DNA of 64,000 nucleotides, from NCBI GenBank assembly GCA_963840035.1, contig CAWIXE010000003.1, positions 64,001 to 128,000 on the forward strand, written 5' to 3'. The position numbers were made by a program, and so were the translations under genes. Below the pieces are notes generated by a model. That model did no database searches. It saw only the letters and a program-made list of their open reading frames with translations, and had not been told where the DNA came from. Each line of letters begins with the position of its first letter. Position 1 is the first letter of the stretch. This document shows, in pieces, positions 37,460-47,399 of this stretch. This DNA comes from a candidate division FCPU426 bacterium (GTDB lineage: Bacteria > Oederibacteriota > PGYV01 > Palsa-1178).

Positions 37460-40400
37460 TTTTTAACGGGTCTTCCGCAATAATTATCCAGCATGTTGTT
37501 GTAAGGCGCTCCTGATAGTATTGATTTTGTGTAATAAGCGTACGCTTCTTTTTTCCTGCCAAGCTCCATTAAAAGCAGCGCCTTGTTGCCGAAAACGGCG
37601 CCGGCCGGAATTTTTACAATGGCCTCTTCGTAAGAGTTAAGGGGAACAAGAGTCTTCAGCGCGGATTCTATAATATCATATTCTGCAAGGGCCTGCGCGT
37701 ACTTTTTTTCATGCCGGTAAATGACCGCGAGATTGGCGCGCGCTTCCAGGTAATCCGGCTCCGCGGCCAGTGCCTTGACAAGGAGCGCCTCTGCCGTAGT
37801 GATATCCTCAAATTTAGAAAGGTAAAAATCAGCCATTTCAGAATATGTAAAAGCCCTGAAAGGATTTGCCTTAAGCGCGAGGTTATAATTGGTTAACGCT
37901 TCGGCGCGGTCATCCAGCGCTGAATACGCGCGGGCCAGGTGGAGCCGCGAGATGTAGTTTAAGCCGTCGGTCTTAAGGGAAGCCTCAAAAAACGGGGCCG
38001 CTGACCGGAAGTTGCCGTTCTTTTCGAAATACAGCCCTTTTTCAAAAGGATAAACCGAGTTAAAAGGTTCGGCAAGGCTTGCCTGCCTTAAGAAATCGTA
38101 ATTACCTGTGTGCCTGTAACGCGAGTAGAGAAACTCACCGGCTGCCGGGCGCACGGCAAAGCTGAATATTATAAAGGCAAATAGAAGGGCCGGGAAATAG
38201 TAAATTTTTGTAAATAGGAGGGCTTCCTTAGGGACTGTTTTAAGCGAATATTTTTCAACTGTAATCATGGAGGCCAGGATAGCCACGGTGTAAAGCATGC
38301 CCGGGACGTGCAACGTAAAATAAAAAAGCGAATGAAAAAGCACGCATGCCACAGCCACGTAGGAGCCCGCGCTTGCCGCCCAGAGTTTTCTGTGGCCTTC
38401 ATACGCGGGGACAGAGCGCATGAGGCTGAAGATAAGGTAGAGCATCAATAAAAGGCCTGTAATGCCTGTGGCGGCCGCTGCCTGCAGCAGCTCATTATGC
38501 GCGAATGGGGTTTCTTTCTGATAGCGGGCAATTGCCTTAATGGGGAAATTATAAGACGGGAATACCTTTTCAAAACTTCCTATGCCGTAGCCTAAGACAG
38601 GCTTGTCAGCGGCCATTTTAGCCGAGGCTTTCCATATGTCGAGCCTGTTGAAATAAAAAGGGTCCTGTTTAACCGCGGTCAATTTGCTGCCGGACGGGGT
38701 TATCCCGCCAAAGGCCATGAGCAGCAGCGTGAGCAGCCCGGCGCTCATGATAAAGTTCTTCAGCTTGACGGCGCCCGGGTTATCCTTTACCTTTTCCCTG
38801 AATGCCCTGTAATACAGCCAGCACGCGCAGAAAGCGAATATGAATGTGAGGATGCCGCTTTTTGAGTAAGCAAGCCCGGCTGACACCGCGAAAAGCAGGA
38901 GCAGTGAGGATTTGGCCCACGGCATGCGGGGATTTTTTTCCAGCAGAAGTTTTGAAAGCAGCAGGGAAAATGGTATTGCCATGTAACCGGCAAAAAGGTT
39001 CTGGTTCGGGAAAAAAGCGTCGGCGTAGGGGTAAGCGCCCGTAAAGTAACGGTAGAGGTACTGGCCCCCCGCGGCAACGGAAAGCGCGGCCCCGGTTATT
39101 ATTATGAAATTTACCATGGAAATACGGAACTGCAGTCGCCGCAGGAACTGTGAGGAAAGAAAATAAAGCGCGGCCGCCGCCAGCGCCATGGAAAAGTATT
39201 TCAGCCCTTCATAAAGGTCCGGCGTGAATAAAAGGGAAAAGCCGAGCCATCCCATCATGAGGATTATCGGGAAGTCTATGGATGTCCTCCTGATGTTTTC
39301 CTTGCTGACGGTTAAAATGGCAAAGCCCGCCGCTATTATGACGTTTATAAGCGAAAGAACATATACCTGCCTGCCGCCTGTTATGGCGCACAGCGCCAGT
39401 ACGGACATGACGCAGTAAAATATTATGGAGCGCCTTTTTCCCGGGCTTAAACCAAGGAGATAGGATAACTTGACCTTTTTTAACTGTATCATCCCTATAT
39501 TTATCTGGCTTAAAAGGGCGGCTAAGAGTATGAGAAAGACAATCGTGACCTCGAAGATGTATATGTCAAAATCCACGAGGTTATGTATTAGAAACGCTGT
39601 AATGCCTGTCAGGAGTGAAAAGACCAGGACTTTCCTGCGGGGCGTCCTTATAAAATAAAAGTTCTGGATAATTGAGGAGTAAGCCTTGAATCCGGCGGCA
39701 ATAAATAAGCAAAGCCCCACCAGCCCCATTTCTACGGCCGCCTGGAACATGAAGTTGTGGGCGTATTTTAAGTACCCTGATTTTCCAAAGGCCGGGTTGT
39801 TGTATATCATCTCAAAATTTCCGGGGCCGGCGCCTGTTAGGATGAACTTTTGCACGATATCAGCCATCTTCAGGTAGCTCTCAAGTTTTGCCTGGACGCC
39901 GTGGCCGAACATGGAAAAGCCGCGCATTTTAAGGACCAGCAGAAGCAGCCCCACGCACACGGCAAGAAGCATCATGAAAAGCCTCCGGAAAGTCACAAGG
40001 CTCGGGTCTGAAACCAACAGCAGGACAATAAAGGTGCCGGTGATAAGGGATATGAAAGCGCCCACTGATTTCGTGAGGATCAGGTTAAAGACCAGCAGCG
40101 CGAGCGCCGCTCCAAGGTAAGGCCTGTATTTTTTTTCCGATTTAAAAAGGCCGAGAAGCACGGGTATCATGAGTATTAAAAATCCGGCAAAAGTATTGGG
40201 GTATATGAAGGTGGAAAATACCCTGCGGGTCTCCAGGCGTTCGCGCATGGCCCAGAGGTTCTCGGAGGTCATGGAACCAAGATACTTAAGCGTTTCCTCA
40301 AAGCCGAAATAATACTGGTACAATCCGTAAAGCCCGAGAAGCACGGAGCACACCGCGAGGAATATGAGGATACGGGTGAAATGCTTTTTCGCGTAGTTAT

Positions 40401-40725
40401 ATACCACATAAAAGAAAAGCAGGTAAATGGCAAACGTAACCGCAGCGTTGAAAGAGGCGAATAGGGAACGGGAAAAAAGGGAGGAGGCGATAGTCCATAT
40501 AAAAAGGGCAAAAAGGTAGCCGTCAATCGGCGTGTCAATCTTGAGTTCTTCTTTTAAGAGCTTGCTGCTCATGATGAAGATAAATCCGGCTATTACTATG
40601 GCGCACTTGTATATGACGGCATAACCGGGTTTTAAATATGAGGGAAAAAACAGGGAAAAAGCGGTAAGTGCCGCGAGTATGGCGAGTATGGTGTAGTCCG
40701 CTATTTTTATGAGTTTGTCTGTCAT
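37456..40725 (-). CDS. Tandem double O-antigen-ligase (Wzy_C) protein with C-terminal TPRs
   Basis: Two modules: F.YPNTFAG...AHNFMFQ and FPNQNLFAG...AHNELLQ. Confidence 0.85.
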   Translation of the reverse strand: MTDKLIKIADYTILAILAALTAFSLFFPSYLKPGYAVIYKCAIVIAGFIFIMSSKLLKEELKIDTPIDGYLFALFIWTIASSLFSRSLFASFNAAVTFAIYLLFFYVVYNYAKKHFTRILIFLAVCSVLLGLYGLYQYYFGFEETLKYLGSMTSENLWAMRERLETRRVFSTFIYPNTFAGFLILMIPVLLGLFKSEKKYRPYLGAALALLVFNLILTKSVGAFISLITGTFIVLLLVSDPSLVTFRRLFMMLLAVCVGLLLLVLKMRGFSMFGHGVQAKLESYLKMADIVQKFILTGAGPGNFEMIYNNPAFGKSGYLKYAHNFMFQAAVEMGLVGLCLFIAAGFKAYSSIIQNFYFIRTPRRKVLVFSLLTGITAFLIHNLVDFDIYIFEVTIVFLILLAALLSQINIGMIQLKKVKLSYLLGLSPGKRRSIIFYCVMSVLALCAITGGRQVYVLSLINVIIAAGFAILTVSKENIRRTSIDFPIILMMGWLGFSLLFTPDLYEGLKYFSMALAAAALYFLSSQFLRRLQFRISMVNFIIITGAALSVAAGGQYLYRYFTGAYPYADAFFPNQNLFAGYMAIPFSLLLSKLLLEKNPRMPWAKSSLLLLFAVSAGLAYSKSGILTFIFAFCACWLYYRAFREKVKDNPGAVKLKNFIMSAGLLTLLLMAFGGITPSGSKLTAVKQDPFYFNRLDIWKASAKMAADKPVLGYGIGSFEKVFPSYNFPIKAIARYQKETPFAHNELLQAAAATGITGLLLMLYLIFSLMRSVPAYEGHRKLWAASAGSYVAVACVLFHSLFYFTLHVPGMLYTVAILASMITVEKYSLKTVPKEALLFTKIYYFPALLFAFIIFSFAVRPAAGEFLYSRYRHTGNYDFLRQASLAEPFNSVYPFEKGLYFEKNGNFRSAAPFFEASLKTDGLNYISRLHLARAYSALDDRAEALTNYNLALKANPFRAFTYSEMADFYLSKFEDITTAEALLVKALAAEPDYLEARANLAVIYRHEKKYAQALAEYDIIESALKTLVPLNSYEEAIVKIPAGAVFGNKALLLMELGRKKEAYAYYTKSILSGAPYNNMLDNYCGRPVKK

Positions 40726-41159
40726 TTTATCTGAAGCTTGGAGGCCGCCTCAAGCGCGAGATAATAACCCTGGTCGCCAAAACCCGAGATCTGGCCGACT
40801 GTGACCGGCGCGATAAAGGACTTCTGCCTGAAATCTTCGCGTTTGTAGATGTTTGACAAATGGACTTCGATGGTCGGTATGTTTATGGATGATATGGCGT
40901 CCCTGATGGCCACGGATGTATGCGTGTAAGCCGCCGGGTTTATGATGATACAGTCCGCCCAGTTCATGGCCTGCTGTATGGTGGTGACTATCTCGCCCTC
41001 GTGGTTTGACTGCACTATCTTTACTTCCATGCCCAGTTCCGCGGCTTTTTTCTCTATGTTTGAGTTTATTTCAGCGATGGAAATGTTGCCGTACACATTC
41101 GGTTCCCTCTGTCCCAGAAGGTTAAGGTTCGGGCCGTGTATGATAAGTATTTTTTTCAT
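40722..41159 (-). CDS. aroQ: Type II 3-dehydroquinate dehydratase
   Basis: [25 protein letters not shown] and EVHLSN. Confidence 0.97.
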   Translation of the reverse strand: MKKILIIHGPNLNLLGQREPNVYGNISIAEINSNIEKKAAELGMEVKIVQSNHEGEIVTTIQQAMNWADCIIINPAAYTHTSVAIRDAISSINIPTIEVHLSNIYKREDFRQKSFIAPVTVGQISGFGDQGYYLALEAASKLQIK

Positions 41160-41293
41160 GCTGTGCTCCTCATTATTATAGTGGTTTTTTATCCCTGTTT
41201 CATTTGTTAAGTATAACAAAATAAGTTGTAAATTCAAGGGTGTTTTTATGCTATAATTATGGGGAATTAATGAACAATTTATGGCTTTAAGCA

Positions 41294-41411
41294 TTCATTA
41301 CGAGAAGGTGCTGTTGTCCTGGTAGTCGCAACCTTCAGGTTGCGGTACACCGTTACGCAGCCTAAAGGCTGCGGCTACCAGCAGCACCAAGGACGGCTCC
41401 TCGCAATGACA
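41294..41411. repeat. Chimeric REP: TGTCATTGCGAG outer arms with a GTAG-REP doublet inside
   Basis: tcattacgagaagg...[ggtagtcgcaacc...gcggctacc]...cggctcctcgcaatgaca. Confidence 0.8.
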
Positions 41412-41436
41412 ATCAAAAAAGAAAGGCATTTAAAAT

Positions 41437-42339
41437 ATGGACAAAATACCTTGTTTTCCCGATTTCACGCAGATTAGTATTGACCACAGGGAAGTCATAG
41501 AAAAGCGCCTTTTTGAAGCGCAGACTGCCCTCTCAGAGCTTAATTTCACCGAGATATACGCATGGCATGATTTAAGGGACATAAAAGCCACTGTCCATAA
41601 CAATAATATCTGCCTCCTGCTCAATAAGGGCGGGAAGGAATACTTTTACCCGCCGATAGGCAGCAATGAGCCCGTAAAAACCGTTATAGCCTTGCTTGAA
41701 TGGGGAGCAGGCGAGAAAAAAGACACTTACTTTTACTGCTTTGACGAAAAAGGCGCGGCCGCATGCGACGCCTCAGGCGTGCTGGCGGCGGAAGAGGACA
41801 GGGATAACGCCGACTATGTCTATGACATCAGCGACCTCATAAACCTCTCAGGAAGAAAATTTGACGGCAAGCGAAATCATTTGAAGGGTTTTTACAGGGA
41901 AAATGAGTTTGAGTTTCTCCACGTCACCCCGGAGATGATTGGTGAAATAAAAGAATTTCAGCAGAGGTGGTGCGAGGCGCGCGCGTGTGATGACGACCTT
42001 TCGCTCATAAATGAAAGCAAGGCGCTTCATGAAGTGCTGAATAGCTGGGACAAATTGGGCGTCTTTGGCGCGGTGATAAAAATAAAAGGCCACATACAGG
42101 CCTTTACCGCGGCCTCGGAGCTTAACAGCGAAACCGCCGTTGTCATGTTTGAAAAAGCAAACCCCATGTACAGGGGCATATACCAGGCCATAAACCAGCA
42201 GTTCTGCGAAAAGATGCTCTCAAAATATAAATGGATAAACAGGGAACAGGATACCGGGGACGAAGGCTTGCGGAAGGCAAAGATGTCATACAATCCCGCG
42301 CGGCTGGAGATGAAGTATAACGTAAGGTTAAGGGGATAA
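41437..42339 (+). CDS. DUF2156 / aminoacyl-phosphatidylglycerol synthase-like domain protein
   Basis: DYVY...LSGRKFDGKRNH, EKAN and INREQDTG..GLRKAKMSY. Confidence 0.88.
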   Translation: MDKIPCFPDFTQISIDHREVIEKRLFEAQTALSELNFTEIYAWHDLRDIKATVHNNNICLLLNKGGKEYFYPPIGSNEPVKTVIALLEWGAGEKKDTYFYCFDEKGAAACDASGVLAAEEDRDNADYVYDISDLINLSGRKFDGKRNHLKGFYRENEFEFLHVTPEMIGEIKEFQQRWCEARACDDDLSLINESKALHEVLNSWDKLGVFGAVIKIKGHIQAFTAASELNSETAVVMFEKANPMYRGIYQAINQQFCEKMLSKYKWINREQDTGDEGLRKAKMSYNPARLEMKYNVRLRG

Positions 42340-42341
42340 GC

Positions 42342-42405
42342 AGAGCCCAGAGCCCAAAGCTCAAGTGAAGGCATTTCCTTGGGCTATGAGCTCTGGGCTA
42401 TGGGA
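42342..42405. repeat. Inverted heptamer arrays, AGAGCCC type
   Basis: agagccc agagccc aaagctc aag-tgaaggcatttc-cttgggc tatgagc tctgggc tatggga. Confidence 0.85.
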
Positions 42406-42421
42406 TTAAAAAAGGAGCTCC

Positions 42422-43177
42422 ATGAAACAACCAATAATATCCGTAACTGGCATTGTAAAAACCTACAGATCCGGCTTTATAAACCCGCGTATTACCAACG
42501 CCCTTCGCGGCATTGACCTTGACATACACGAGGGCGAGCTTTTTGGCGTGCTTGGGCCTAATGGCGCGGGCAAGTCAACGCTTTTAAACGTCATCATGGG
42601 GCTTATAACTCCTGATTCCGGATGCGTCATGATATCCGGCAATAAGACCTGCGGCATGTTTTCGCATGAGATACGCAACACCATGAACATGAGCTCGGGC
42701 AATCCTAATTATCCATGGGCATTGACCGTAAGGGAAGCGCTGAACTTTTACGGCATGTTGTATGGTTTGTGGGGCAAGAAACTAGATCATAAAGTGGATT
42801 ACCTGATAGACCTCATGGAACTTCAAAAATACGCCAATGTGCGTTTTGACGAATTATCCACGGGCACAAAGCAGCGCACGTCGATTGCCAAATCGCTATT
42901 AAATGAGCCGAAGATTCTGCTGCTTGACGAACCCACTTCAGGCATGGACCCGAACATATCGGTAAAAATAAGAAAAGTAATAAAACAGCTCCATAAGAAG
43001 ATGAAAATAACCATAATGCTCACCACGCATATCATGCGCGAAGCGGAGGAACTCTGCGGCAGGATAGCTTTCATAAAAGACGGGCAGATAGCGGCGCTGG
43101 GCACAAAGGAAAAAATAAAAAAAATGACATCGTCAAAAAACATGGAGGAGGCGTTCATTGAACTCGCAGCTGATTAG
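42422..43177 (+). CDS. ABC transporter ATP-binding subunit
   Basis: GPNGAGKS, LSTG and LLLDEP. Confidence 0.93.
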   Translation: MKQPIISVTGIVKTYRSGFINPRITNALRGIDLDIHEGELFGVLGPNGAGKSTLLNVIMGLITPDSGCVMISGNKTCGMFSHEIRNTMNMSSGNPNYPWALTVREALNFYGMLYGLWGKKLDHKVDYLIDLMELQKYANVRFDELSTGTKQRTSIAKSLLNEPKILLLDEPTSGMDPNISVKIRKVIKQLHKKMKITIMLTTHIMREAEELCGRIAFIKDGQIAALGTKEKIKKMTSSKNMEEAFIELAAD

Positions 43178-43940
43178 AATATACGCCTTTGCCTACAGGA
43201 ATTACATATTTGCCATAAGAAATTTTTTTACATTCGCGGAGATGTTGTTCTGGCCCATTATAGGCATACTTTCAATCGGGTTAATGGGCGGGTTCCTTTC
43301 GCTCAAAGGCGACATGATGTCATTTCTTTTGACAGGGGCCATCATGGCGGGCGTCTTTCAGACATCGCAACTTGACGTGGCATACGGCTTTCTCTATGAC
43401 GTGTGGTCCAAAAGCGTAAAGCAGACATTCATAGCGCCGGTTAAGAACATTGATTACATAATAGGCTCGTGGATCATCGGAACCGCAAGGGGAATCATCA
43501 CATTCTTCATGTTAGCCGCGCTTGCCATGCTCTTCTTTAAATTTACCCTGCCCGGAGCGGTTGTGCTTTGGATTTCGCTTTCAGGAGTATACCTTACAGC
43601 CATGATATCAGGGATGATGGTAATATTTTTCATATTCATGTTCGGCCAGAGGATAGACATCATAGCGTGGATGATATCGGCGTTAATGATGCTGCTGTGC
43701 GGCATCTACTACCCGGTAACATACCTGCCCGCGGTCTTCGCAAAAGTGGCGCAGTTCATCCCGCTGACATACTTCCTGGAATACTTCAGGACAGGCTACA
43801 ACTTCCCCCTGAACTTCACGCACCCGCTGCTTAAAGGCTACGGCCTTTCCGCAATATACATTGGCATTTTACTCTGGCTTATTGAGCTGGCGTTTTTAAG
43901 GGCGAAGAAGACCGGGATGCTGATACGACTAAGTGAGTAG
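43158..43940 (+). CDS. ABC-2 type permease
   Basis: Six TM helices; GIYYPV..LP and PLTY motifs. Confidence 0.88.
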   Translation: MNSQLIRIYAFAYRNYIFAIRNFFTFAEMLFWPIIGILSIGLMGGFLSLKGDMMSFLLTGAIMAGVFQTSQLDVAYGFLYDVWSKSVKQTFIAPVKNIDYIIGSWIIGTARGIITFFMLAALAMLFFKFTLPGAVVLWISLSGVYLTAMISGMMVIFFIFMFGQRIDIIAWMISALMMLLCGIYYPVTYLPAVFAKVAQFIPLTYFLEYFRTGYNFPLNFTHPLLKGYGLSAIYIGILLWLIELAFLRAKKTGMLIRLSE

Positions 43941-44048
43941 TGGGTGGTGAGTGGTGGGTAGCAGACAGTAGCGAACGTTGGTAGCCGCAGCCTTTAGGCT
44001 GCGATAGGCGGGATTTGCCCCTGTAGGGGCGGACCTATGTGTCCGCCC
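43938..44048. repeat. One-armed heptamer array (GTGGTGG type) followed by two single GTAG REPs of different families
   Basis: GTAGCCGCAGCCTTTAGGCTGCG at 43981 and GTAGGGGCGGACCTATGTGTCCGCCC at 44023. Confidence 0.75.
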
Positions 44049-44116
44049 GCAAGGCGGTGTTTTTGGTGTTGATGTTTGACCAAAGAGCGTGTAATATGTT
44101 AGGGTAATTAAGGCAA

Positions 44117-44193
44117 GGGCGCGTAACTCATTTGGTTAGAGTGCCAACCTCACACGTTGGAAGTAGTTGGTTCAAATCCAATCGCGCCCACCA
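44117..44193 (+). tRNA. tRNA-Val (CAC)
   Basis: Acceptor GGGCGCG/CGCGCCC, anticodon arm CCAAC-CTCACAC-GTTGG, encoded CCA. Confidence 0.96.
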
Positions 44194-44216
44194 GGACTAA
44201 TAGAAAAAGCTAAACA

Positions 44217-44283
44217 AGTTTTAAGTTTGAAGTTTTAAGATAATGCAATTACGGTTCAATCTTAAAACTTAAAACATCAAACT
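44217..44283. repeat. Inverted heptamer arrays (AGTTTTA / TAAAACT)
   Basis: Arms 44217-44241 and 44259-44283. Confidence 0.8.
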
Positions 44284-44315
44284 GTTTTTCATCTGATTTA
44301 AGGAGGTTTATTACC

Positions 44316-44426
44316 ATGGCAGACAATTGCGGATGCGGATGTTCCTGCGGCGGATCTATGAAGAAAGAAGCGGCGCCTAAGAAAAAAGTTGCGGCAAAGA
44401 AGAAAACCGTAAAGAAGAAGAAATAA
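44316..44426 (+). CDS. 36-aa peptide MADNCGCGCSCGGSMKKEAAPKKKVAAKKKTVKKKK
   Basis: Strong RBS TAAGGAGG; not in the ORF track. Confidence 0.8.
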   Translation: MADNCGCGCSCGGSMKKEAAPKKKVAAKKKTVKKKK

Positions 44427-44436
44427 TATATAAAAC

Positions 44437-44538
44437 AGTTCGGAGGGTGGAGTTCGGGGTTCGGAGTTGGGATTAAACAGAACCCGGAACCGGAACGTTT
44501 TTATCCAACTTCGAACTCCGAACCCCGAACTCCGAACG
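44437..44538. repeat. Inverted heptamer arrays (AGTTCGG)x5...(CCGAACT)x5
   Basis: Arms 44437-44473 and 44503-44538. Confidence 0.88.
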
Positions 44539-44554
44539 CTCTAAAGGAGTATTA

Positions 44555-46702
44555 ATGTTTGATGAAAAACCGTCTAAACCAGCTGCCATAGATTCCTCCA
44601 AACTCTTTAACATACGGGTTTGGGAGGGGATACAGTATAAGTTCGCAAAGGACTTAGGCATCGCGCTTAAGGTCATAAGTGAGGACGGCAAGATAAACAC
44701 CGAAGAATCCAATTTCAGCCCTTTCTTTAAACTCCTGATGTCCACCGAAGCCGGCCGCAAGATTTGCGAGATAAAGGCCGAGAACATCGACAGGGAAGCG
44801 CGGTTTGTCACGCTTTACGCGGACTGCACTTACTACTGCGCCACCACTTACTTCTACGGCAAGAAATTCAATATCCTCGTGGGCACAAAGGAAAGACCGC
44901 AGAATGAGGAACTTGTAAAGAAGCTCGCTGTGGACGCGGGCGTGGATTTTAATGAACTGCTCGCAGCTTATAAGGAAGTGCCTGAGTTTTCCGAAGAACG
45001 CCTTGTTAACGTAGCCGACCTCATAGTTGACCTTTTCAATATCGTCATCGAATTATCCGTCCAGGAATACATAACCCACATGGCTAATAAGGAAAAAGAA
45101 GAGGAAATAGCCAAGATGAGCGCCCTGATGGAAGCTTCCATTATCATTAATTCCACCAGGAACTTAGACCAGCTCTTAAAACTCATTATGCAGTCTGCCG
45201 AGAAGGTTATGCAGGCTGAAGCGTCATCGGTGTTCTTAATTGACAATGAGCGCAACGAGCTCTTTTTTGAAATAGCCACGGGCCCCAAGGAAGAGGAAGT
45301 ACAGAAGATAAGGCTGAAGATGGGCGAGGGCATCGCCGGATGGGTGGCTTATACAGGCGAGTCGCTGCTTGTGCCTGACGTGTCAAAGGACCCGCGTTTC
45401 GCGCGGCGCGTGGATGAGCAGACTCAGTTCATTACCCGCTCGGTTATCTGCGTTCCTTTAAAGGTGCGCAACCAGACCATCGGTGTGGTGCAGGTATTAA
45501 ATAAGATAGGCGGCGGAAATTTCTCAAAGACCGAGATAAAGTTCCTCGAGGCTTTAGCCTCACAGGCCGCCATCGCCATAGAGAACGCGAACTTATACGA
45601 GCATTTGGAAGAGCGCGCGGAGCAGTTAAATAAGGATTTAAAGAAAGTTAATGTAAACCTCTCGATTGAAAAACTAAGGATAGAATCCATCGTCCAGTCC
45701 ATGGAAGACGCTGTTATCGCCGTTGATTCAAACAAAAAGATGGTTATGATAAACAGGGTTGCCGAGCGCTTATTTGAGCTGGACTGGGACAGGGCCATGG
45801 AAAAACCCCTCGGGGACACCATGAAAAGCGGGGATATCATAAATAATTTCACTATGGTATTGAATGACAAGAAAATAACAAAGACAGAAGTAAAGCTGAT
45901 GATAGGCAATAAGGAGCATATCTTCGCGGCTGTCTTCGCGCCAATTATAGATGAAAAGGATAATACCGCCGGGTCAGTCGCGGTTTTCAGGGACATAACA
46001 GAGATAAAGGAACTCGACAAGATGAAGTCGGAGTTCTTGAACATGGTCTCGCACGAGTTAAGGACCCCGCTTACGCCCATACAGGCATACAGCGAGCTCA
46101 TGATGGTCAGGGACGTGGACTCGCAGAAGGTAAAGAAGTACGCGGATATCATAAACAAGGAAACCCAGAGGCTTGGCGCGCTCATAGGCGATCTGCTTGA
46201 CTTATCCAGGATTGACGCGGGCAAAGGCTTAAGCCTTACCCTTGAACCCATTGATTTTAACGAGCTTTTACATACGGTTTATGAGACATTTAAGAGCGCT
46301 TCGGTAAAGCACAAAATTATTTTGACACTGCCCGAGAAAAGTGAGATAATACTCGTTGACAGGAACAAAATGATACAGGTTCTCACGAACCTGCTGTCAA
46401 ATGCCCTGAAATACTCCCCTGAGGGTGGGGAAATTACCATAAGAGTCTGGGACGATGATAAGACATTGTATTTCAGCGTCAAGGACCAGGGGTTGGGAAT
46501 TGCCGGGGAAGACCTGGACAAGATATTCGACAAGTTCTACAGGGTGGAAAGCGAAAAGGTAAAAAAGATCGGCGGAACCGGAATAGGCCTTCCGATCGTC
46601 AAATACATACTTGAACTGCATAACGGCGGGGTTACGGTAAAAAGCGAGATAAACAAGGGAAGCGAATTCATATGCTACATACCAAAGGTAAAACAAAAGT
46701 AA
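44555..46702 (+). CDS. Cytoplasmic sensor histidine kinase (PocR-like, GAF, PAS, HisKA, HATPase)
   Basis: SHELRTPLT, NALKYS, DQGLGI and GGTGIGL. Confidence 0.93.
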   Translation: MFDEKPSKPAAIDSSKLFNIRVWEGIQYKFAKDLGIALKVISEDGKINTEESNFSPFFKLLMSTEAGRKICEIKAENIDREARFVTLYADCTYYCATTYFYGKKFNILVGTKERPQNEELVKKLAVDAGVDFNELLAAYKEVPEFSEERLVNVADLIVDLFNIVIELSVQEYITHMANKEKEEEIAKMSALMEASIIINSTRNLDQLLKLIMQSAEKVMQAEASSVFLIDNERNELFFEIATGPKEEEVQKIRLKMGEGIAGWVAYTGESLLVPDVSKDPRFARRVDEQTQFITRSVICVPLKVRNQTIGVVQVLNKIGGGNFSKTEIKFLEALASQAAIAIENANLYEHLEERAEQLNKDLKKVNVNLSIEKLRIESIVQSMEDAVIAVDSNKKMVMINRVAERLFELDWDRAMEKPLGDTMKSGDIINNFTMVLNDKKITKTEVKLMIGNKEHIFAAVFAPIIDEKDNTAGSVAVFRDITEIKELDKMKSEFLNMVSHELRTPLTPIQAYSELMMVRDVDSQKVKKYADIINKETQRLGALIGDLLDLSRIDAGKGLSLTLEPIDFNELLHTVYETFKSASVKHKIILTLPEKSEIILVDRNKMIQVLTNLLSNALKYSPEGGEITIRVWDDDKTLYFSVKDQGLGIAGEDLDKIFDKFYRVESEKVKKIGGTGIGLPIVKYILELHNGGVTVKSEINKGSEFICYIPKVKQK

Positions 46703-46717
46703 AAGGAGGCAAGAGAA

Positions 46718-47131
46718 ATGAGTGACCTGAAAAAGAAAATAGTGGTAGCTGACGACGAACCGTTCATACTCTCGGCATTGCAGGATACATTATCCGATTC
46801 TTACAGCGTAACCACGGCTTCAAACGGCGCCGAGGCCATTAAGGTTGTTCAGAAAGTGATGCCTGACCTCATCATTTTAGACGTCATGATGCCTGAAATG
46901 GACGGCTTAGAGGCGTGCAAAAACTTAAAAAGGGATAAAGTTACATCATCCATACCGGTAATTCTTTTAACGGCCAAGGGACAGATTACCGACATCGAAA
47001 AAGGGTTTAAGTCCGGCGCTGACGCGTATGTGGTAAAGCCCTTCTCACCGGCAAGGCTCATAGAAAAAGTAGAGGAAATATTCGAAAAAGTAGAGATGAG
47101 AAAAAAGATAATGGAAGACAAAAAGAAATAA
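46718..47131 (+). CDS. Single-domain response regulator
   Basis: ADDE, LDVMMP and KPF. Confidence 0.93.
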   Translation: MSDLKKKIVVADDEPFILSALQDTLSDSYSVTTASNGAEAIKVVQKVMPDLIILDVMMPEMDGLEACKNLKRDKVTSSIPVILLTAKGQITDIEKGFKSGADAYVVKPFSPARLIEKVEEIFEKVEMRKKIMEDKKK

Positions 47132-47142
47132 AAGCCTCAGAA

Positions 47143-47180
47143 ATCCCTCTCTTATCTCCCTTTCTGAAACAAAGGGAGAC
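47143..47180. repeat. Short palindrome of the CCCT...CTCCCTTT/AAAGGGAG type
   Basis: tctccctttctgaaacaaagggaga. Confidence 0.5.
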
Positions 47181-47233
47181 GATCGCTGGAGACACGATTA
47201 GCGTGGGAGACGGAAGGGAATTCGAAAGATATG

Positions 47234-47264
47234 TAAAACCCCGTGAAAATCGGGGTTTTATTTT
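47234..47264 (+). terminator. Intrinsic terminator
   Basis: taaaaccccg...cggggtttta followed by T-rich sequence. Confidence 0.75.
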
Positions 47265-47272
47265 ATGTTAGT

Positions 47273-47377
47273 AAGTGAAATATATCACAAGCAAGGGTAA
47301 ATTATTCAAAAATTTAATATTGACATTTAAGTCATAGTTTGTTATATATTATAGCAAGATAGTTCAAAATTTCACAA
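47273..47377 (+). promoter_or_regulatory. Promoter flanked by two degenerate Rex-like boxes
   Basis: TTGACA at 47320, N17, TATATA; boxes at 47273-47290 and 47360-47377. Confidence 0.5.
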
Positions 47378-47399
47378 TCTATTGAGGAGGTATTGGAAA

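Noticed and set aside
7868..44193. tRNA-anchored integrative element at tRNA-Gly or tRNA-Val
   Set aside because: No integrase and no duplicated tRNA 3' end were seen in the window.
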